NCBI GenBank assembly: GCA_951406725.2
Contig: OX597835.1
Span: 35,030,001 to 35,094,000 of the forward strand
Direction: 5' to 3'
From: Octopus vulgaris
Taxonomy: Eukaryota
Length of the DNA stretch: 64,000 bases
Position numbers and translations under genes: made by a program. The notes below the pieces were generated by a model that saw only the letters and a list, made by a program, of their open reading frames with translations, did not search any database and was not told the DNA's origin. Positions 26,844 to 41,687 of this stretch are shown here, in pieces (position 1 is the first letter of the stretch; each line of letters starts with the position of its first letter).

Positions 26844-27060
26844 ATATATATACATACATACATATATATATATATGTATATACACACACATATATATATA
26901 TGCCACAGATGTATGTATATATATGTAAGTATATATGTACGTATAATAAGTATGTATATAAACACACGCATATATGTGCGCATATACATGTGTGTATGTT
27001 GATGTATATAAAGGTAGAAAGACGTACACATATACATCCATATATATGTTTGTGTCTTTG

Positions 27061-27123
<63 letters not shown>

Positions 27124-27135
27124 GTATCCATCCAA

Positions 27136-27184
<49 letters not shown>

Positions 27185-27415
27185 CCCATATATACACATA
27201 CACATTTGTATGGATGTATATGTACTCATTCACATTTTCACTTCAACTATTAAATAGTAAATGCTGTCGCGCACAGTCATAAGTAGAAGACCATGTCGAC
27301 ACAGATATCGAGGCAAATAAAAGCTACATATACGTGAAATACAGCCATCATGGGCTATCATAAATGTACGAAAATATGAGCATGTATACACACAGTTTAT
27401 CCATCCATGCATCCA

Positions 27416-27491
<76 letters not shown>

Positions 27492-27601
27492 ATCCAAATA
27501 AGAAAACACAGAAAAAAAGAGAAAAAAAGGGAAAAAACACAGCAACGCAGGACGTGGAACAATTAAAGTATTATTGACGCTCAGGAAAGAAGGGAAGGAG
27601 G

Positions 27602-27636
27602 GTTTAACGTTTCGAGCGGAGCTCTTCGTCGGAAAC
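27602..27636 (-). ncRNA. Minimal hammerhead-like motif, family 2 (core CCGACGA), in an element abutting (TA)n at 27487
   Basis: Minus strand: gttt CCGACGA a GAGC tcc GCTC GAAA cg TT aaac. Confidence 0.55.
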
Positions 27637-28743
27637 AAGAAGAAGGAAAGATCCCAAGGAGGGAAGAGAGAGGAGAAATTATTTGAGCTGGTGGTGCTTA
27701 AGAGATCACATGTTGAAAGAACAGAATTTGAAGGTAGTTGAAATATGGTTTTATAATGCAAGAGAGTTCCAAAAAAAGGAATGCCTGTGTGTGTGTGCAA
27801 GATGACAAGTGTGTTTGTGCGTGTGTGTGTGTGTGTGTGTATTTTTGGTGAATAAAGGCAATGACAAAGCCAGCTGTCGTGATGACTACTAGCTGTTTGT
27901 GTCAAGCCAGGTCAAAGCCGGGTCATAAAAACAAAGGGCTATATGTATCATGTGTGTATGTTGTTTGTAGTGTGTGTGTGTGTGCATGTGTGTGTTCGTG
28001 TGTGTATGCGTAGAGTGTGGGTGTGCGGCGAGTAACTGTTTAACCTAGTACGTGTGTGCTTGTACGTGCGTGTGTGTGTGTAGGGATGTATATGTGGGTT
28101 TATTTGTGTGAGAGTGTATGTATGTACGTGTATGTGTGTGCGTGTATGTGTGCGTTTGTATGTGTCTGTGTGTATGTGTGCGTGCGCGGATAGGTGTATA
28201 TTGTGTATGTATATCTGTCGGTGTGTATGTGAGTTTGTGTATGTTTGTACGTGTGTATGTGTGTGTGAGTGTATAGTATATATATATGTAAATGTGTGTG
28301 TGTGTGTGTGTGTACGTGCGTGCGAGTGAATGTATGTATATATGTGTGCGTGTGTGTACAATGTAGGGGCTTATATGTGTGTTTATATGTGTGTGTGTAT
28401 GTATGTGTGTATGTGTGTGTATGTGTATGTATGTATATGTATGCGTGTGTGTATGTATGTATGTGTGTATGTGTGTGTGTGTATGTGTGTATGTATGTTC
28501 AAATTGTTCAAAATGAACAATTAAATTACACCATCTAGAAAATTACATTTAATAGAAACATTAAAATTAAAATAACAATAAAATATCAATGATTATGTAA
28601 ATTTCAAAAAAATAATAATAAAAACGTATATAATTTGTAGAATAACGACACGTGTTTCGTGGCTATATTTAAGAAATGATTATAGTAGTAGAGAAATCAC
28701 TACTTGTAAGTTTGGATTTTATTCCCTCAAATAATAATTATTA

Positions 28744-30161
<1,418 letters not shown>

Positions 30162-30172
30162 AGAGAGAGAAA

Positions 30173-31660
30173 ACTGGGGAACAGGGTTTTTGTTGTCTGA
30201 TGTTGGAAACCTGTTTCCTACTAATTCTAGGGTACTGATTCGGAAAATGAAATCCATTTTGCTCTATTACGCCAAGATTTTTCACAAACTTAGATGTCCA
30301 TTTTTCAACATTTCTGATATTTTCACCCTTTCTAAAGACAGCTTTGACTTCATCAAATGCGAACCCATGTATGGAGCTTGATATAACTTGGAAAATATAG
30401 TTTTTCAATGTCATTTAAAGTAAATAAAACTACAAAAGTGAAAACAAAAGTCATGATTTAAGTATCTTCAGTAAATAAAATGTATCAGTCTTGAGCAACT
30501 TTCCACCATTTTCAACCTAACCAGTTTCAAATGTCATAACGATGATAGAAATGTCCTTTATACAATTAAATGTTAAGAAACAACATATTTTGTGGTTCTT
30601 GACACCATACATGTCTCACATTTGCAGAATTTATCTGCAGACATGCGCACGCTCTGCTTAATCTAGTGTGACTATCGTTGCAAACTTTTGCGATATGTTT
30701 TGTTGAACTTTTAAACCATTTCTTATGGAAACCGGTATTTTGAACGTGCCCTTAATGTTTTGATTGTGAGGTCACATGGGTCAAGGTCACCTTTCGTTAA
30801 GCAAGGTCAAAGAACTGTAAAAAGAACTTCATCTTATGTATGCTCTTTATGGAACTTTGCCAACACAAATCTGCATTTGGTTACTTTATAGCTGTTGACC
30901 AGTGGCGGACTGGCCTTGTTGTCACCTTGCCCGATGGCAAGTGGCCCCCTGTGCCATTAGAATCCATATATGGGGCCCGTGTTAGTATCTAAGGAGCCCA
31001 TCCCCTCAAGTTTGAGAGTTTCTTTTCACTCCTGCAAGAATGCATTAATTCTTTCAGTCTGGCTGTGTTTGTAGACAGTTGAAAAGAATGATTAAAAAAA
31101 AAATTAAATTATAGCATTGTAATTGTGGGTGACCCCCCCTTAGTCTCCTGGTAACCAATATTTTTAGACCCTGTCCGTCACTGCTGTTGATTATACTGAA
31201 AATGCTTTTCCCAGGTGACAACTGGCTTGAATATATTTTGTGTTTCAGAAATATAGCCAGTTGTAGGAGAAGGGAATGTAAAAACAGCTCCGAAGTTTTC
31301 TGCTTATTTCTGGATTAGGCAGTGAAACAAAATCACAGATTTTGTGGAGAAAGCTTACCTTACTTCCTTAAGCATGAAACTGGGTGACAAGACAAAACCT
31401 GGGTGCCCCACATAGTGTGCAAGACAAGTGAGACAGCGACTGCTTCAAATGCTTAAGCAAAAATTTTCCAGCTTTGTCTCGTGAGAAAATTAAGGTTGGA
31501 GTGTTTGATGGGCCACATATTAGGTAATTATCGCAGGACGAGCTATTTTTGGAGACCATTTTTGGCATTGAAAAAAAAGCATGGAATGTTTTTGTTGCAG
31601 TTGTATCTGATTTCCTGAGAAACAGGAAGACATCAAATTATGCAGACTCTGTTAACCAGT
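30173..31660 (+). mobile_element. Chapaev3-like DNA transposon, deleted copy 1
   Basis: Terminal actggggaacagg; transposase pieces MKLGD../WVPHIVCK and DCFKCLSKNFPALSREKIKVGVFDGPHIR..EKKAWNVFVAVVSDFL. Confidence 0.75.
30900..31183. mobile_element. hAT-type MITE with 8-bp TSD
   Basis: TIRs cagtggcggac / gtccgtcactg; flanks ctgttgac and ctgttgat. Confidence 0.85.
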
Positions 31661-31924
31661 TTATATATATATATACGTATATATATATATAATACTGGGG
31701 GACAGGGTTTTTGTTGTCTGATGTTGGAAACCTGTTTCCTACTAATTCTGGGGTACTAATTCTGATTTGAAAAAAGAAATCCATTTTGCTCTATTACGTC
31801 AAGAATTTCCACAAACTTAGATGTCCATTTTTCAACATTTCTGGTATTTTCACCCTTTCTAAGGATGGCTTTGACTTCATCAAATGCGAACCCATGTATG
31901 GAGTATGACATAACTTGGAATATA

Positions 31925-32319
31925 TGGTAAGTACCTTGCTTACGAACCACATGGTTCCGGGATCAGTCCCACTGCGTGGCACCTTGGGCAAGTGCCTTTT
32001 ACTATAGTCTCGGGCCGACCAAAGCCTTGTGAGTGGATTTGGTAGACGGAAACTGAAAGAGGCCTGTCGTATATATGTATATATATATATGTATATATGT
32101 GTATGTATATATTTGTGTGTCTGTTTGTCCCCCTAGCATTGCTTGACAACCGATGCTGGTGTGTTTACGTCCCCGTCAATTAGCGGTTCGGCAAAAGAGA
32201 CCGATAGAATAAGTACTGGGCTTACAAAAGAATAAGTCCCGGGGTCGACCTGCTCGATTAAAGGCGGTGCTCCAGCATGGCCGCAGTCAAATGACTGAAA
32301 CAAGTAAAAGAGTAAAAGA

Positions 32320-32320
<1 letters not shown>
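31925..32320 (+). mobile_element. SINE family B
   Basis: Matches 1031-1466; ends (gtaaaaga)2 then (TA)n. Confidence 0.9.
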
Positions 32321-32360
<40 letters not shown>

Positions 32361-32365
<5 letters not shown>

Positions 32366-32795
32366 AAACAAGTCAAAAATAGAAAATGCTAAGATAATTT
32401 TATAGTGAATCTTTCAGTACCGGTTTCGGTCAGTTTGAGACCTTTTCAACTGTAACGATTAAATAATTAAATTTAGAAAAATTAGAAGAAAAGTTTTTTT
32501 AAGGGAATATTTCTATAGTAGTGTTCAGATATAAGTGGCATTCTGCCTTTCTCTGACTCCCTTGTTTGCACCTCGAACACACAAGTGCAAACAAGGGAGT
32601 CAGAGAAAGGCAGAATGCCACTTATATCTGAACACTACTATAGAAATATTCCCTTAAAAAAACTTTTCTTCTAATTTTTCTAAATTTAATTATTTAATCG
32701 TTACAGTTGAAAAGGTCTCAAAATGACCGAAACCGGTACTGAAAGATTCACTATAAAATTATCTTAGCATTTTCTATTTTTGACTTGTTTTTTCA
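32361..32795. repeat. Near-perfect palindrome (211-bp arms, 13-nt spacer) carrying a hammerhead-like motif in each arm
   Basis: 32361-32571 is the reverse complement of 32585-32795 with one mismatch seen. Motif at 32704-32741: cag TTGAAAA GGTC tcaaaat GACC GAAA ccgg TA ctg. Confidence 0.9.
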
Positions 32796-32828
32796 TATAT
32801 ATCAACTCGTGTGTTCCTTTCCACCCTT

Positions 32829-32890
<62 letters not shown>

Positions 32891-33606
32891 GCATGAAATG
32901 CATTTGTTGCAGTTGTATCTGATTTCCTGAGAAAGAGGAAGACATCAAATTATGAAGATCTTGTGCAAACCCTGTTAACCAGTTTTCGAGCACTGCGCTG
33001 CAACATGAGTGTAAATGTGCATTTCCTGCACAGTCGTCTGGACTACTTCCTTGGAAATCATAAGGCAATAAGTGATGAGAAAGGGGAAAGGTTCCACCAA
33101 GACATCGAGAACATGGGGACTAAGTATCAAGGCCGGTGGAACACCAACGTGATGCTGTCTTACTACGGGTCACCGCAAAGGGACTGTCATGATGCAATTT
33201 ATTCACATAAAGCAGCAAAGAGACTGTTCATTCCTTGAATAACTGAAACTCCAGTTTGACAGAAATATTTATTCTAAGACGTGTTATTAAACATTTGTGC
33301 AATATATTTGTTAAACAATAAAAAGTGCCATTTGGTTTTTGTAAGTTTCTTATTTCAGTATTGCATTTAATGACAAAATTGACATTTTTGACTAAAAAAA
33401 AAATGAATTCTTGTTTACAAAAAACTTGACATGATAGAAAGTTTCTGGGGACATTTCTGAACCTAATACCGTCAAATTAGCGAGGATTAATTGTAAGAAG
33501 CAAGACAACTAAAAAATGTTTGAAATATTTCCCAGTGTAATATATCTACCTACATAGCTATATGTACGCGCATACATGCATACGTATTGTGTCTCTGTAC
33601 ATATGC

Positions 33607-33656
<50 letters not shown>

Positions 33657-33701
33657 TACACACACACACATATATAAACATACATATATACATACATATA
33701 T

Positions 33702-33756
<55 letters not shown>

Positions 33757-34139
33757 ATATATTTATACACACACATGGGGCGTATGCTTTTATCTATATC
33801 TATATCTATATCTATCTATCATCTATCTATCTATCTCTCTCTCTATATATATATAAATATTCACATATGAATATATACATATATATTTGCATACGTACGT
33901 ACACACATATATATATACACACATGTATAGACTCCAAAGCATTCAGGCTTATCTACACAGACAAATGAACAATTTTATATACATGCATCTAGAGACATAT
34001 ATACACTCACAGAATATTACACCTATACATATGCACAGGAATGTGCACATACATATGTATATATTGAACATATACAGATGAAAAAACATACATAGACACA
34101 TACAGACACACACATACTCACACACATACACATACTGGA

Positions 34140-34530
34140 ACTCTTTTCTTGTTTCAGTTATTTGACTGTGGCTATGCTGGAGCACCGCCTTTAGTCGAGC
34201 AAATCGAGCCCAGGACTTATTCTTTGGAAGCCTAGTACTAATTCTATCGGTCTGTTTTGCCGAACCAGCATCGGTTGGCAAGCGATGTTGGGGGGGGGGG
34301 ACAAACACAGACACATAAACATACACACACACACACACGCACACACACACAGACACACACACATACACACGCACGCATACACACACACACACACACATAC
34401 ACGTACACACACACACACACACATACACACACATATACTTATATACGACGAGCTTCTTTCAGTTTCCGTCTACCAAATCCACTCACAAGGCTTTGGTCGG
34501 CCCGAGGCTCTAGTAGAAGACACTTGCCCA
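34140..34530 (-). mobile_element. SINE family B, 5'-truncated with an internal deletion
   Basis: Similarity to the other B copies. Further diverged copies at about 35430-35820 and 58250-58398. Confidence 0.85.
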
Positions 34531-34879
34531 GTTTTACCCCACTTGGGGTAATTTATCCCGGTTCGCCGATCCCTGTTTTAAAGAAAAAAAAACCTCTAAT
34601 ATTATTCTCTTAGAAAATGTTTTATGATTTAGAAATTTTGACTTTTGATTACCTTTTTAAACTTTTCTTTTAGTCAATGATCTGCGATCATACTGCGATA
34701 CCACATTCAAAGTAATAATCCAACAAGATGATCCCAGTACTTTTTTTTGTAAGCCTGTGTCGTATAGTGAAAACTGCATACCCCTCCTGGTAAAAAGTGG
34801 TAGGACCAGCCATTATAAATAGACCAGCAACTGGTCATCAAACGAGGGTCGAGAGTCGAAGAGTTGAGATTCGACAGTT

Positions 34880-35272
34880 CTCATCATTATCATTGTTCGA
34901 CCGTGGTCGAGACAATGGAATTTACTATGTTACGCCAGACTTCACGGTTCATCATAGCATTACGGAGGCCCTGTTGCTGGATGCCTTTATCCCTGGAGAT
35001 TACATTAGGGTAGGAGAGTGTGCACCCTTTGGTATCGCGAACAGATGGCTTCCAGAGGACAAGAGTAGAAATTACCTCGTTTTCAGCTCTACAACAATGT
35101 CCAGCAAACTGGACTCTTCTACCTTTCACAAGAGATGATACAGGTGGTAGTTTCCCATATATTTGTCCTTTGGTTGGATGACGCTTCCACGAGAGATTTT
35201 GAGCTCTCATAAGGAGGCGAGTGTAAGCTCCATCCAACCGCCTCTCAAGCTTCTTTGATAACGTCCAGGTTT
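34880..35272 (-). mobile_element. RTE-clade LINE 3' fragment
   Basis: WTLSKKLERRLDGAYTRLLMRA.., RRVQFAGHCCR, AMMNREVWR, then stop and a short tgataatgatga tail. Confidence 0.85.
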
Positions 35273-36021
35273 GTTATCTCCGAGTTTGTTTAATTTGTTA
35301 ATTAGTTAATTTCACTTGTCATATTCTTACCATTCTCTAAAGAAAAAAAATATTTAATAAATATTTTTTCTATAAGAAATTTTCGTGACTTAGAATTTTA
35401 CTTACACTTTTGGTTATTTTAAAAATTTACTCCCAGTGATTGAACTGCGGCCTTGCTGGGGCACCGCCTCGAATTGTTTAGTGGAACAAATAGATCCTTG
35501 CAAGTAATTTTTTTTCTAAGCGTGATACTTATTTTATTGGATATCTTGTTGCCGAACCGCTAAGTTACGGGGACGTAAAGAAAACTAACACAGGTTGTCA
35601 AGCGATATTCACACACACTCACACACACATACATACACTGACACAAACACACATATATGACGAGCTTCCTCACAGTTTTCGACAACGAAATCTACCCACA
35701 AGCCATTGGTCAGTATGGGGCTGTCGTAGAAGACAATTGTCAATGATGCCACGCATTGGAACTGAACCCAAGACCACGTAATTGCAAACCAAGTTTCTTA
35801 ACCACGCAGCTATAACTGCGTCTATGATAAGATCAAATTTCTACGAATTCTTTTCACTATTTTACAGAATTTACTATTTTCCATTGTATTTTTTTTAAAT
35901 GTCTTTCCGTGACTTTACTTTTTACGTGGTTTTGAGTGTGCTCGTATGTGTGTATATGTGTGCATTGGTGTGTATACACATATACGCATGTGTGAGTGTG
36001 AGTGTGTGTAACTGTGTGTGT

Positions 36022-36071
<50 letters not shown>

Positions 36072-36967
36072 CGTGTGTGTGTGTGTGAGTGAGTGTGTGT
36101 GTTTATTCATATTATATATATATATATATATATGATTTATTCGTGGATTTGGGTATCAGATCCGATATCATTTATGATTAAAATTATATTTCACAATATA
36201 ATATAGAAAAAAAAAAGTGACATTAAATGAGATATTCAAACTGGCTTTTCTTTTAATAATTTCGCAATGACTAGGCAGCCATTTTTTTTTCAATAACGTA
36301 TATCGTTCGCATGTTTTAATTTTCCTGTTTCTGAATATAGGGGCAGATGGAATTAAATCTTTGGCCTGGGGATACGGAACAGACACAGAAAAATGAACAT
36401 GACGAAGATGTTTAAATAAATGAAGCTGAATTACACAAAAATATCATGCAGAAACACTAAATATATTAATACAACACAACCACGAAGGTTATTCCTCTGC
36501 TCGTTTTTTGTCACTCTCTTCTTGATCGTCATGTCTGGATTTGACAAGCGCAGTAAAGTATTGGGAAAGGAAGATACCAAATGACACCACATGACAAAAT
36601 CAAAGGTATCACCAAGCTGGCTATCTGATGTTTGCTTTGTCAAGTTCATCCCAGGCCTAATTGATGACGAGATTTGCGGCGAGATTTATATTTATTGAAA
36701 TAAATAAATTGAGTTTTGAGGCCTGTGCCTGTTGTAATTGAACTACCGGATGCAGTATATACATTTAACCGTTATTTAAACGTAATGTTATAAACTTCAG
36801 TTGAGAAAGGATTAAGAGATATGATGGAAGAAAAAGGTAGTTATTTTGAATTGTAATATATGTAAAATATAGGGAGAGTTTACGAAAAAACAACAACAAA
36901 AAACGAAGACAGGTGGTGTACAAAACAAACAGATGTATTAGTATAACGCTCAGGAATAGGAAAAAGT

Positions 36968-37003
36968 CTTTTACGTTTCGAGCCTACGCTCTTCCACAGA
37001 AAG
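36968..37003 (-). ncRNA. Hammerhead-like motif, family 1 (element about 36870-37062)
   Basis: Minus strand: cttt CTGTGGA a GAGC gtag GCTC GAAA cg TA aaag. Confidence 0.55.
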
Positions 37004-37561
37004 GAACACAGAAAAAACAAGAAGAAAAAAATGTGTATAGTGGCTAACGATCTATCATGGCGACTATGGCAGTGAGCTGGTAGAACAGTTAGCATGCTGA
37101 GCAAAATGCTTGGCTACATTTCGTCCATCTCTATGCTCTGAGTTCAAAGTCCACTGAGGTCGACTTTGCCTTTCATCCTTCGAGGACGATAAAATAAGTA
37201 CAGGCTCAATACTGGGGTAGATGTAATTGACTTACCGCGTTCCTCGATATTGCTGGCCTTGTGTCAAAATTTGAAACCAATATATGTAAAATATTATCAA
37301 TAAATATAACAACGAATCTGTAAATTTGCGTTAATCAAATCCTAAAACCTTCTGTTTTATGATAAAATGAATAATGAGTAAGTATATATACTGCACTCAA
37401 TAGATGTATCTCTGAGTATGTAGGATAAATGATTCTTTGGTTATCAAGTAAGTATATAAAATTGTGTACAAATATCAAAGAAAAAATGGTTCATAAAATG
37501 TTTAATCATATTATTCCGAGTATAGACATTATGTACTAAATATATTTTTATGTGAACGAGT

Positions 37562-37595
<34 letters not shown>

Positions 37596-37977
37596 TATGG
37601 GAATGAAATAGAGAACGAGAAAAGCATTAAAACTGTTGATATCAATTAAATCAACTTCGCATTAGCGACGCCAAATAGAAGGCACCAAATCGGTTCATAT
37701 CTCCACATGAGAAACTTTGACAGACACTGTGACACATGAATAAATGAAACTGCTTTAAAGGCAATTAAAAGCAAGGACTTAAAAATGAAATCTACTATTA
37801 TCGCTGGATATTCAATAACTCTAGACATATATAACGACGTTATTGAAACACCGGGAAAATCACTTATTTTGGATAAACGACAAAGCAATACTATGACGGT
37901 CCCTCCATAGAACCGAATCCGCAGCCTTTTCCTTTCATCTTTTCCTCAACTTTTTCCTCTTCTTTATATTTCCTAAT

Positions 37978-38013
37978 TTTTCTGAAGAAGGATTTACGTC
38001 TGAAACGTCAAGA
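37978..38013 (+). ncRNA. Minimal hammerhead motif with canonical core
   Basis: tttt CTGAAGA a GGA tttacg TCT GAAA cg TC aaga. Upstream 37640-37830 weakly resembles a Penelope GIY-YIG C-terminus. Confidence 0.5.
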
Positions 38014-38767
38014 GCATTTCGCTGTTTTTTAAATCGTTAAACTAATGCAACATTTGTCAAAACCTGTCTCTCCCGCGTTGTCTTCTTTTTGCTCATTGTC
38101 TAATGTATGTATGCTTGTAAGCATGTATATATTTATGAGCGCGCGCGCGTGTATGTATGTCATTATTCAGTTTCATTTCAAGATAACTCGCCAATAGAGA
38201 AAGGTCTGGTTTCTAACCTAGATCCTAGACTCCTTCATTGGAATTTCAACATCAACAAGGCATTTTTGCATGTACGTATGTATGCATGCATGCATGTATG
38301 TATGTATGCATGTATGTATGTATGTATGTATGTATGTATGTATGTATGTATGTATGTATGTATGCATGTGTGTATGTATGTATGTTTACATGCATGTATG
38401 TATATGTGCAGATTTGTATATTTTGTTTTATGTATATAGTCTCATGCACACAGCTGCATATCTAGATATATTCTTAAATGATGACTTGGATCTATAGTCT
38501 TCGAATCAGCTTTCTTCTTTCTGGTATTGAGAAGCCTAATTTCCCAAGTTGGGTATCTAGGCAGTGTGTTATATATCCCAGTGCCCCAATAATTACATAT
38601 GTATATATGTATATATGAATGTAATAATATAAATGATATATAAATATATGCATACATATATACATACATATATATACATACCTACATATGAAGTCAGACG
38701 CCATGATAGATCGTTAGCTACTACACACATTTTTTCTCTCCTTGTTTCCTTGTTTTTTTCTGTGTAT

Positions 38768-38803
38768 CTTTCTGTAGAAGAGCGTAGGCTCGAAACGTAA
38801 AAA
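38768..38803 (+). ncRNA. Hammerhead-like motif, family 1 (element about 38699-38900)
   Basis: cttt CTGTAGA a GAGC gtag GCTC GAAA cg TA aaaa. Confidence 0.55.
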
Positions 38804-39663
38804 ATACTTTTTCTATTCCTGAGCGCTATACTAATACATCTGTTTGTTTGTACACCACCTGCCTTCGTCTTTTGTTTATTTTCGTAAACCTTCCCTTTAT
38901 ATATACATGCATATATGGGTACAGGACATATAAAAAAAACGTTGAACACAATGAGAAACGAAAACACATAAAAACAAAAACATAGAAAACGAACAATTTT
39001 TTGAACAACGAAAGAAACAGAGAAACGAAACAGGCAACATAAAGAATATTCCCCTTCTTCAGTTGTCCCTGTTTCATTTACTCCACCTTTCGAAATGAAT
39101 GTATGTATGAATGTATGTTTGCGTGTGCGTGTGTGCGTGTGTATGTGCGTCTGTATGTGAGTGTGTGTGTGTGTGTGCGTGCGTGTATGTATATACGCAT
39201 TTATGCATATAAAACGCTGAAAGAAATGAAGGTGGCGGCATTACGATCGTTTCTGCAGCTGGGGGAATAATTATAGCACTCAACATGGATTATATAAATT
39301 AATAAAGAATATATAATTATATGACAAATGAACATACCACCAATCATCTGTTGAAAACTCGTAACAAAAGCGATGGCTCATGTTGATAAATATAATACCA
39401 CCGCCTTTAACCGTTTGATCTAATGATCAACGACTATTATAACTGGTACGTTTGCCAGATTTTCACGCTGCTTAGTGATAACTTTTATATCACTGTTATT
39501 TAATTTTATATATGTATGTTTGTATGTATGTATGTATGTATGTATGTATGTATGTATGTATGTATGTATGTATGTATGTACGTACATACGTATGCATGTA
39601 TGTATGTATGCGTGTTCATGTATATATATATAAGTTCACATGTATGCACATACGTATATGTAA

Positions 39664-39721
<58 letters not shown>

Positions 39722-39722
39722 A

Positions 39723-39801
<79 letters not shown>

Positions 39802-39887
39802 ATATATATATGCATATATATATATATATATCCATTTATATATATTTATTTATACACACGCACATATATATATGTATATATGCATAT

Positions 39888-39941
<54 letters not shown>

Positions 39942-40196
39942 ATATATGTATTACATATATGCAAATATATATGGATAGATAGATAGGTATAGAAAGTGTG
40001 TATATTTATATGTAAGTAAATATATAGACATGTATATACTCACTCACACACATATGTACTCATATATATGTGAATGTATGTATTAGAAAGACTGAACGCG
40101 CAAAACATGAATTACTTTAGAGCATGGAATTTATAATTCAAACATAATTACCGAGTTCTTAGAATGAAAGAGGGATTAAGAAATAGTGCATAATGT

Positions 40197-40274
40197 CTCT
40201 TGCAGTTGTTTCCAGAGCAGCTGTGGAAATGAGCCAAAATTCCCATATAAGCCAATTATACCGTCTTCAGTGAG
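40197..40274 (-). ncRNA. Degenerate hammerhead with long helix II loop
   Basis: Minus strand: ctca CTGAAGA cgg...ctg GAAA caactg ca agag; cleavage triplet mutated. Confidence 0.3.
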
Positions 40275-40420
40275 GAAGAATTAAGGAATATCCTTAAGAA
40301 AGGATATAAGTAGTTACCATTTTCACCATCGAAGGATTAGGGAGTATCATTCATTAAAGGTAACTGTAGTTATCAATGTATGTTGGTATACATGGTATAC
40401 ATACATGTACATAGATATAC

Positions 40421-40502
<82 letters not shown>

Positions 40503-40506
<4 letters not shown>

Positions 40507-41369
40507 AAAATGGTAAATAATTTTCCTGTGGTTTTTCATGTAACCAACAATTATTTACCGGTAAATTTCGGTATGTAAATACGAAAATAATCAAAATAAT
40601 TGTCAATCTGACGCTGGGTCAGAAGTGAGGGCTGTAAAAGCTAACGAATATAGCGCTGATGTAAACTATAGTAATTAACGAAGTGACTGAATTCGTGTAT
40701 ATGTGAGCCGTTCGTTTTTGGAACCTCCACTTATAGAAATGGAAAAAACGGTCTTTGACTGCTTTCTAATTCCTAGTATGAGGCGAAGCTTATTTTTCTT
40801 ATTTTTCTTTACTATATACTGAACCTTACAAAGGTCTTGACAATTATTTTGTCGTATTTACATACCGAAATTTACCGGTAAATAATTGTTGGTTACATGA
40901 AAAACCACAGGAAAATTATTTACCATTTTTATTGTATTACCATGTGGATTCCTCATTCCATTACGATTACCCAGAAGGCGCGCATGGCAGAATTTTGGAG
41001 GGAAAATTTACGTTCCCAGTCGTTACTTGGTTTTAACATCTGCGCACTTCCCCCCACTATCTGATGTCGCTGGGTCAGAAGTGAGGGCTGGTGGCATTTG
41101 ATAAAGCTAACGAATATAGCGCTGATGAAGGATTCAAACTCACCCTTTTTTTTATATGTTTGTGATCCAGAAACACCGTGTTCGCTATTAACGGTAAGTG
41201 ACTGAATTCGTGTATTTGCCACTCCGGTTTTGTGTATGTGAGCCGCAAGGGCCTTCGTTTTTGGAACCTCCACTTATAGAAATGGAAAAAACGGTCTTTG
41301 ACTGCCATTTCTAATTCCTTCGGTATGAGGCGAAACAGCTTGCTGCTAGCCAACTTATTTTTCTTTACT

Positions 41370-41371
<2 letters not shown>
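40503..41371 (+). mobile_element. Composite Penelope-like insertion between (TA)n tracts, with inverted and direct partial repeats
   Basis: 40503-40606 is inverted relative to 40837-40933; 40607-40817 is a deleted direct copy of about 41060-41371. Confidence 0.7.
41116..41188 (+). ncRNA. Type I hammerhead ribozyme motif, canonical core
   Basis: ATAGCG CTGATGA a GGAT tCAAAC...GTTTGtg ATCC a GAAA CAC c GTG TT CGCTAT: 6-bp stem I, extended stem II, quasi-palindromic helix III, GUU site. Confidence 0.75.
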
Positions 41372-41458
<87 letters not shown>

Positions 41459-41555
41459 GTTAATCCAAACAAGAAACCACAAAAAACACAACAACGCGAG
41501 GACGTGGAACAAATAAAGTACTATTGGACGCTCAGGAAAGAAGGAAAGAAGGAGG

Positions 41556-41590
41556 GTTTAACGTTTCGAGCGGAGCTCTTCGTCGGAAAC
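41556..41590 (-). ncRNA. Hammerhead-like motif, family 2 (element about 41457-41665)
   Basis: Identical motif to 27602-27636. Confidence 0.55.
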
Positions 41591-41687
41591 ATAGGAGAAG
41601 GAAAGATCCAGAGAAGGGAAGGCAGAGGAAAAAAAATCGCCAACGGTACACACGAGGTCACATTTGTATACATATGTATATATATAT

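Larger units (their letters stand above)
31694..33537 (+). mobile_element. Chapaev3-like DNA transposon, deleted copy 2 (interrupted)
   Basis: First ~230 bp repeats 30173-30395. ORF 32963-33238 reads MSVNVHFLHSRLDYF..ISDEKGERFHQDI..KYQGRW. Right end ttcccagtg complements the left actggg. Confidence 0.8.
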
